From: an uncultured Nitrososphaerota archaeon
GTDB lineage: Archaea; Thermoproteota; Nitrososphaeria; Nitrososphaerales; Gagatemarchaeaceae
Assembly: GCA_963718895.1 (NCBI GenBank)
Contig: CAVRAG010000008.1
Coordinates: 416,001 to 480,000, forward strand
Length of the DNA stretch: 64,000 nucleotides
Direction of reading: 5' to 3'
Below are positions 61,889 to 64,000 of the stretch, in pieces. A program made the translations under genes and the position numbers. The first letter of the stretch is position 1. Every line of letters begins with the position of its first letter. The notes beneath the pieces are model-generated. The model saw nothing but the letters and a program-made list of their open reading frames with translations, was not told the DNA's origin and did no database searches.

Positions 61889-61904
61889 GTTTACATCTGT
61901 AATT
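61889..61904 (-). promoter_or_regulatory. TTAC-N4-GTAA site D (weaker second copy at 61910-61921)
   Basis: GTTTACATCTGTAATT, 8 nt upstream of the minus-strand AATATATG. Confidence 0.8.
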
Positions 61905-62001
61905 GCGTGTTACCTGTGCAATCTCCACAATCACATTCGATGGAGTGCGGAATTGGGCATTATTCGAAAGTCCGTCCTCACGATGTGGCGGAACGGTGTA
62001 C

Positions 62002-62397
62002 TCAAGTGCCTGACGGTGAGATTCCTTTTGGTCGTCCTTTCGCCACGTCGGTCTGCTCTGCTCTTCGCACGACCACCAAGCTGATTAGTGCAGCAGTCGC
62101 GACTACCTCGCCGCCATCCACCTTTGTCCCGTAGGTCTTGAGGGAGAGGAGCGCTGGTGGATTGAGGGCCTCACCCGTCTCCAGCCTGAACTGGGAAAGG
62201 TGCGCCGGACAAACTATGGAGTCGTCCATGAGGAATCCATCCACAAGTTCGACATGCTCATGTGTGCAGATATTGGAGACAGCGTAGAACGCGGCTGTAT
62301 AGTTGACGACGAGGATGCTTTCACCCCAGATATTCACAGCGACCTTCTCGCCCGGAGACAAGTCTGAAACACTGCAGACTCTTGCTAACCTTGTCAT
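62002..62397 (-). CDS. Rieske [2Fe-2S] ferredoxin
   Basis: CTHE...CPAH ligands. Confidence 0.9.
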   Translation of the reverse strand: MTRLARVCSVSDLSPGEKVAVNIWGESILVVNYTAAFYAVSNICTHEHVELVDGFLMDDSIVCPAHLSQFRLETGEALNPPALLSLKTYGTKVDGGEVVATAALISLVVVRRAEQTDVAKGRPKGISPSGT

Positions 62398-62618
62398 CGC
62401 CCATCACTCCGGGCGGTCATCCGTTGCATCTCCTCCTGTGTTGGAAGTGAGGTGACGAAGCCGTTCCGTTCGGAAGAATTCACATAGACATCTAGCGGGA
62501 AGAAGAGCCTTCCCCTCATCGACCAGTAGTGGAAGGTGCAGAATTCAAGTGGGCTCTTACGGTATTTCTCTACAGCAACGCTGAAGCCGAATTTGGAACA
62601 CTCTGAGCATGGCTTCAC
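62394..62618 (-). CDS. Small CxxC...CxxH protein
   Basis: CSEC and CTFH; tightly packed between the hemerythrin and Rieske genes. Confidence 0.55.
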   Translation of the reverse strand: MKPCSECSKFGFSVAVEKYRKSPLEFCTFHYWSMRGRLFFPLDVYVNSSERNGFVTSLPTQEEMQRMTARSDGR

Positions 62619-62620
62619 GT

Positions 62621-63091
62621 CTACCGCGCTTTAATCCCGGTCTTGAGCTTGAGATACTTCCCGACCAGCAGAGCAGCGGGATAGAGGATCTCTTCCTCGT
62701 TCTTGGCATGAAGGGCGAGTTGCTCCGCGAAGCGAACGTATTCGGAACCGTCAGATCGCTCAGCCGCGACCTTAAGGGAATCAAGCGCTGTGATTATCTG
62801 CTTATGTTCCAGGAGCATCTGTGGAAGCTCTTTCTGGAGCCTGTCCGTCATTGAAATCACAGCCCGAATATCAGGCTCGGACTCGCCTTCCGCCAAAGCG
62901 GGCAGCAGAGCCAAGGGTGGTAAAGCGTACTCTTCCTCCTTGGCGAAGTGGGGGTGTAAGATCTTCGCCACATTCCTGGCTGCCTCCCCGACGTCGCCGG
63001 GAGCTCTTGAGGCCCTCCGAAGCTCCCGATGCAACTCTTCATGCTCCATCTCGACCGAGTCAGGTACCTTCCAAGATTTCTTGTGCGTCAT
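62621..63091 (-). CDS. Hemerythrin-like protein
   Basis: EH...HFAKEE...EH...HAKNEEEILYP. Confidence 0.88.
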   Translation of the reverse strand: MTHKKSWKVPDSVEMEHEELHRELRRASRAPGDVGEAARNVAKILHPHFAKEEEYALPPLALLPALAEGESEPDIRAVISMTDRLQKELPQMLLEHKQIITALDSLKVAAERSDGSEYVRFAEQLALHAKNEEEILYPAALLVGKYLKLKTGIKAR

Positions 63092-63558
63092 TCTGTCACT
63101 TTCGCTTGGGGTCCTTGTGCACTCTTCTTGTTAAGGGCATCAGCCTTCAGGGCAAGGGGGAAGGTTATCCTTTCCTCTTCGGCATGGTGCTTCCTGAGGT
63201 CGTTGACGAAGATCTGAATCTCTCTCCGGGCAACAGAATCAGGTAGGGTTGGCATGCTTGGTAGGGTGCTCTTGAAGAAACTAGCCAGCTCCCTGTGCCA
63301 ACGCATGATGCTGATGCTCGGCTGAGACTCCTCCTCTAGCTCCCACACTATTGTTCGCATCAGTCTTGCCTCTTCCTCGACTGCGTGCCGAAGCATGACC
63401 TCCCTGATGGAGCTTAGCAGGCTCTCGGCGACTTTCAGGTCGCCGTTCTTGCTCTCCTCGTAAATCTTGGCGAGTTTGGGTTCGATCTCCTTGTGTTCAT
63501 TCTCTAGCCTCTTCACTACCTTCTCGAGAGGCTCGTCGTAGTCCAGCGTGTAGCTCAT
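63088..63558 (-). CDS. Hemerythrin-like protein
   Basis: EH...HAVEEE...WH...HHAEEERITFP. Confidence 0.88.
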   Translation of the reverse strand: MSYTLDYDEPLEKVVKRLENEHKEIEPKLAKIYEESKNGDLKVAESLLSSIREVMLRHAVEEEARLMRTIVWELEEESQPSISIMRWHRELASFFKSTLPSMPTLPDSVARREIQIFVNDLRKHHAEEERITFPLALKADALNKKSAQGPQAKVTE

Positions 63559-63601
63559 ATCGCTCCTCGACTTTTCCCGAAGGCGTGCACATAAGATGTG
63601 T

Positions 63602-63617
63602 GATTACAAACGTAAAC
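63602..63617 (-). promoter_or_regulatory. TTAC-N4-GTAA site E
   Basis: GATTACAAACGTAAAC, 8 nt upstream of a weak minus-strand TATA (CTTATGTG) for the hemerythrin-Rieske operon. Confidence 0.75.
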
Positions 63618-63868
63618 ACTCACACAGGTTCTCTTGAATTATCTGGGAGATGATCAATTCTCAAGTGTCATGTCTAACCAAATCGCCACAGCAGATGCCA
63701 ATGACCTATTCATCATGAATGATTCAAATCCGTCCAACGGAAACATACTGGTCGAAGCTCACCGGTCCCACTAAGAATCAACTTGAATATTGCTCCGTTT
63801 GTCATTTCGAGTGCTTCATAGACTAATTCTGTCAAAACTCCCCAGAACCTTCGGTGGCTCTACGTACA

Positions 63869-64000
63869 CTATCTAAGTCCGGTCACACGGGCGAAAGGCG
63901 TAAGCCTATGCAGCTTGCCGGGTTTTCCACTCGAGATATGGACGGCTCTTATTTCCCTCACCGTGAGAGCATCCGCGACGAGCGAGCGGTGGCACCTGTA
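63869..64000 (-). CDS. DUF488 family protein, C-terminal part (5' end outside window)
   Basis: YRCHRSLVADAL...VHI...H.LTPFARV. Confidence 0.75.
   Translation of the reverse strand, partial: YRCHRSLVADALTVREIRAVHISSGKPGKLHRLTPFARVTGLR

Overview
High-GC archaeal chromosome segment, most consistent with a non-ammonia-oxidising Nitrososphaerota (Thaumarchaeota) lineage. This is an inference from TATA-box leaderless promoters, TFB, a GHMP-type shikimate kinase, the ADH/DHQ-II aromatic pathway, a chorismate mutase-aminotransferase fusion and thaumarchaeal-style cupredoxins. Many conserved genes carry single-base frameshifts, most likely long-read or assembly errors. 1-37 kb is mostly core metabolism: envelope genes, ppdK, pyrB-I-C, an 11-gene lysC-asd-aro-tyrA superoperon, PiT and trpEGDCFBA. 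37-64 kb is accessory. It holds a low-GC COMMD-like/DUF5678/retropepsin cassette, surface proteins, an N-truncated TFB, a Tat flavoprotein with a DOMON partner, an MntR/2xNramp locus with 19-bp-periodic triple operators, and a ~12 kb redox/NO island. The island encodes an sNOR-type heme-copper enzyme (HxxxN instead of HxxxY), three cupredoxin domains (two with variant ligands), three hemerythrins, Zn- and Rieske ferredoxins and two DUF488 genes. Five of its promoters share a TTAC-N4-GTAA palindrome 8-9 nt upstream of the TATA box. The best candidates for undescribed biology are this archaeal sNOR regulon, a Phe-rich leader peptide with anti-SD pairing ahead of the aromatic superoperon, and the COMMD-like cassette.
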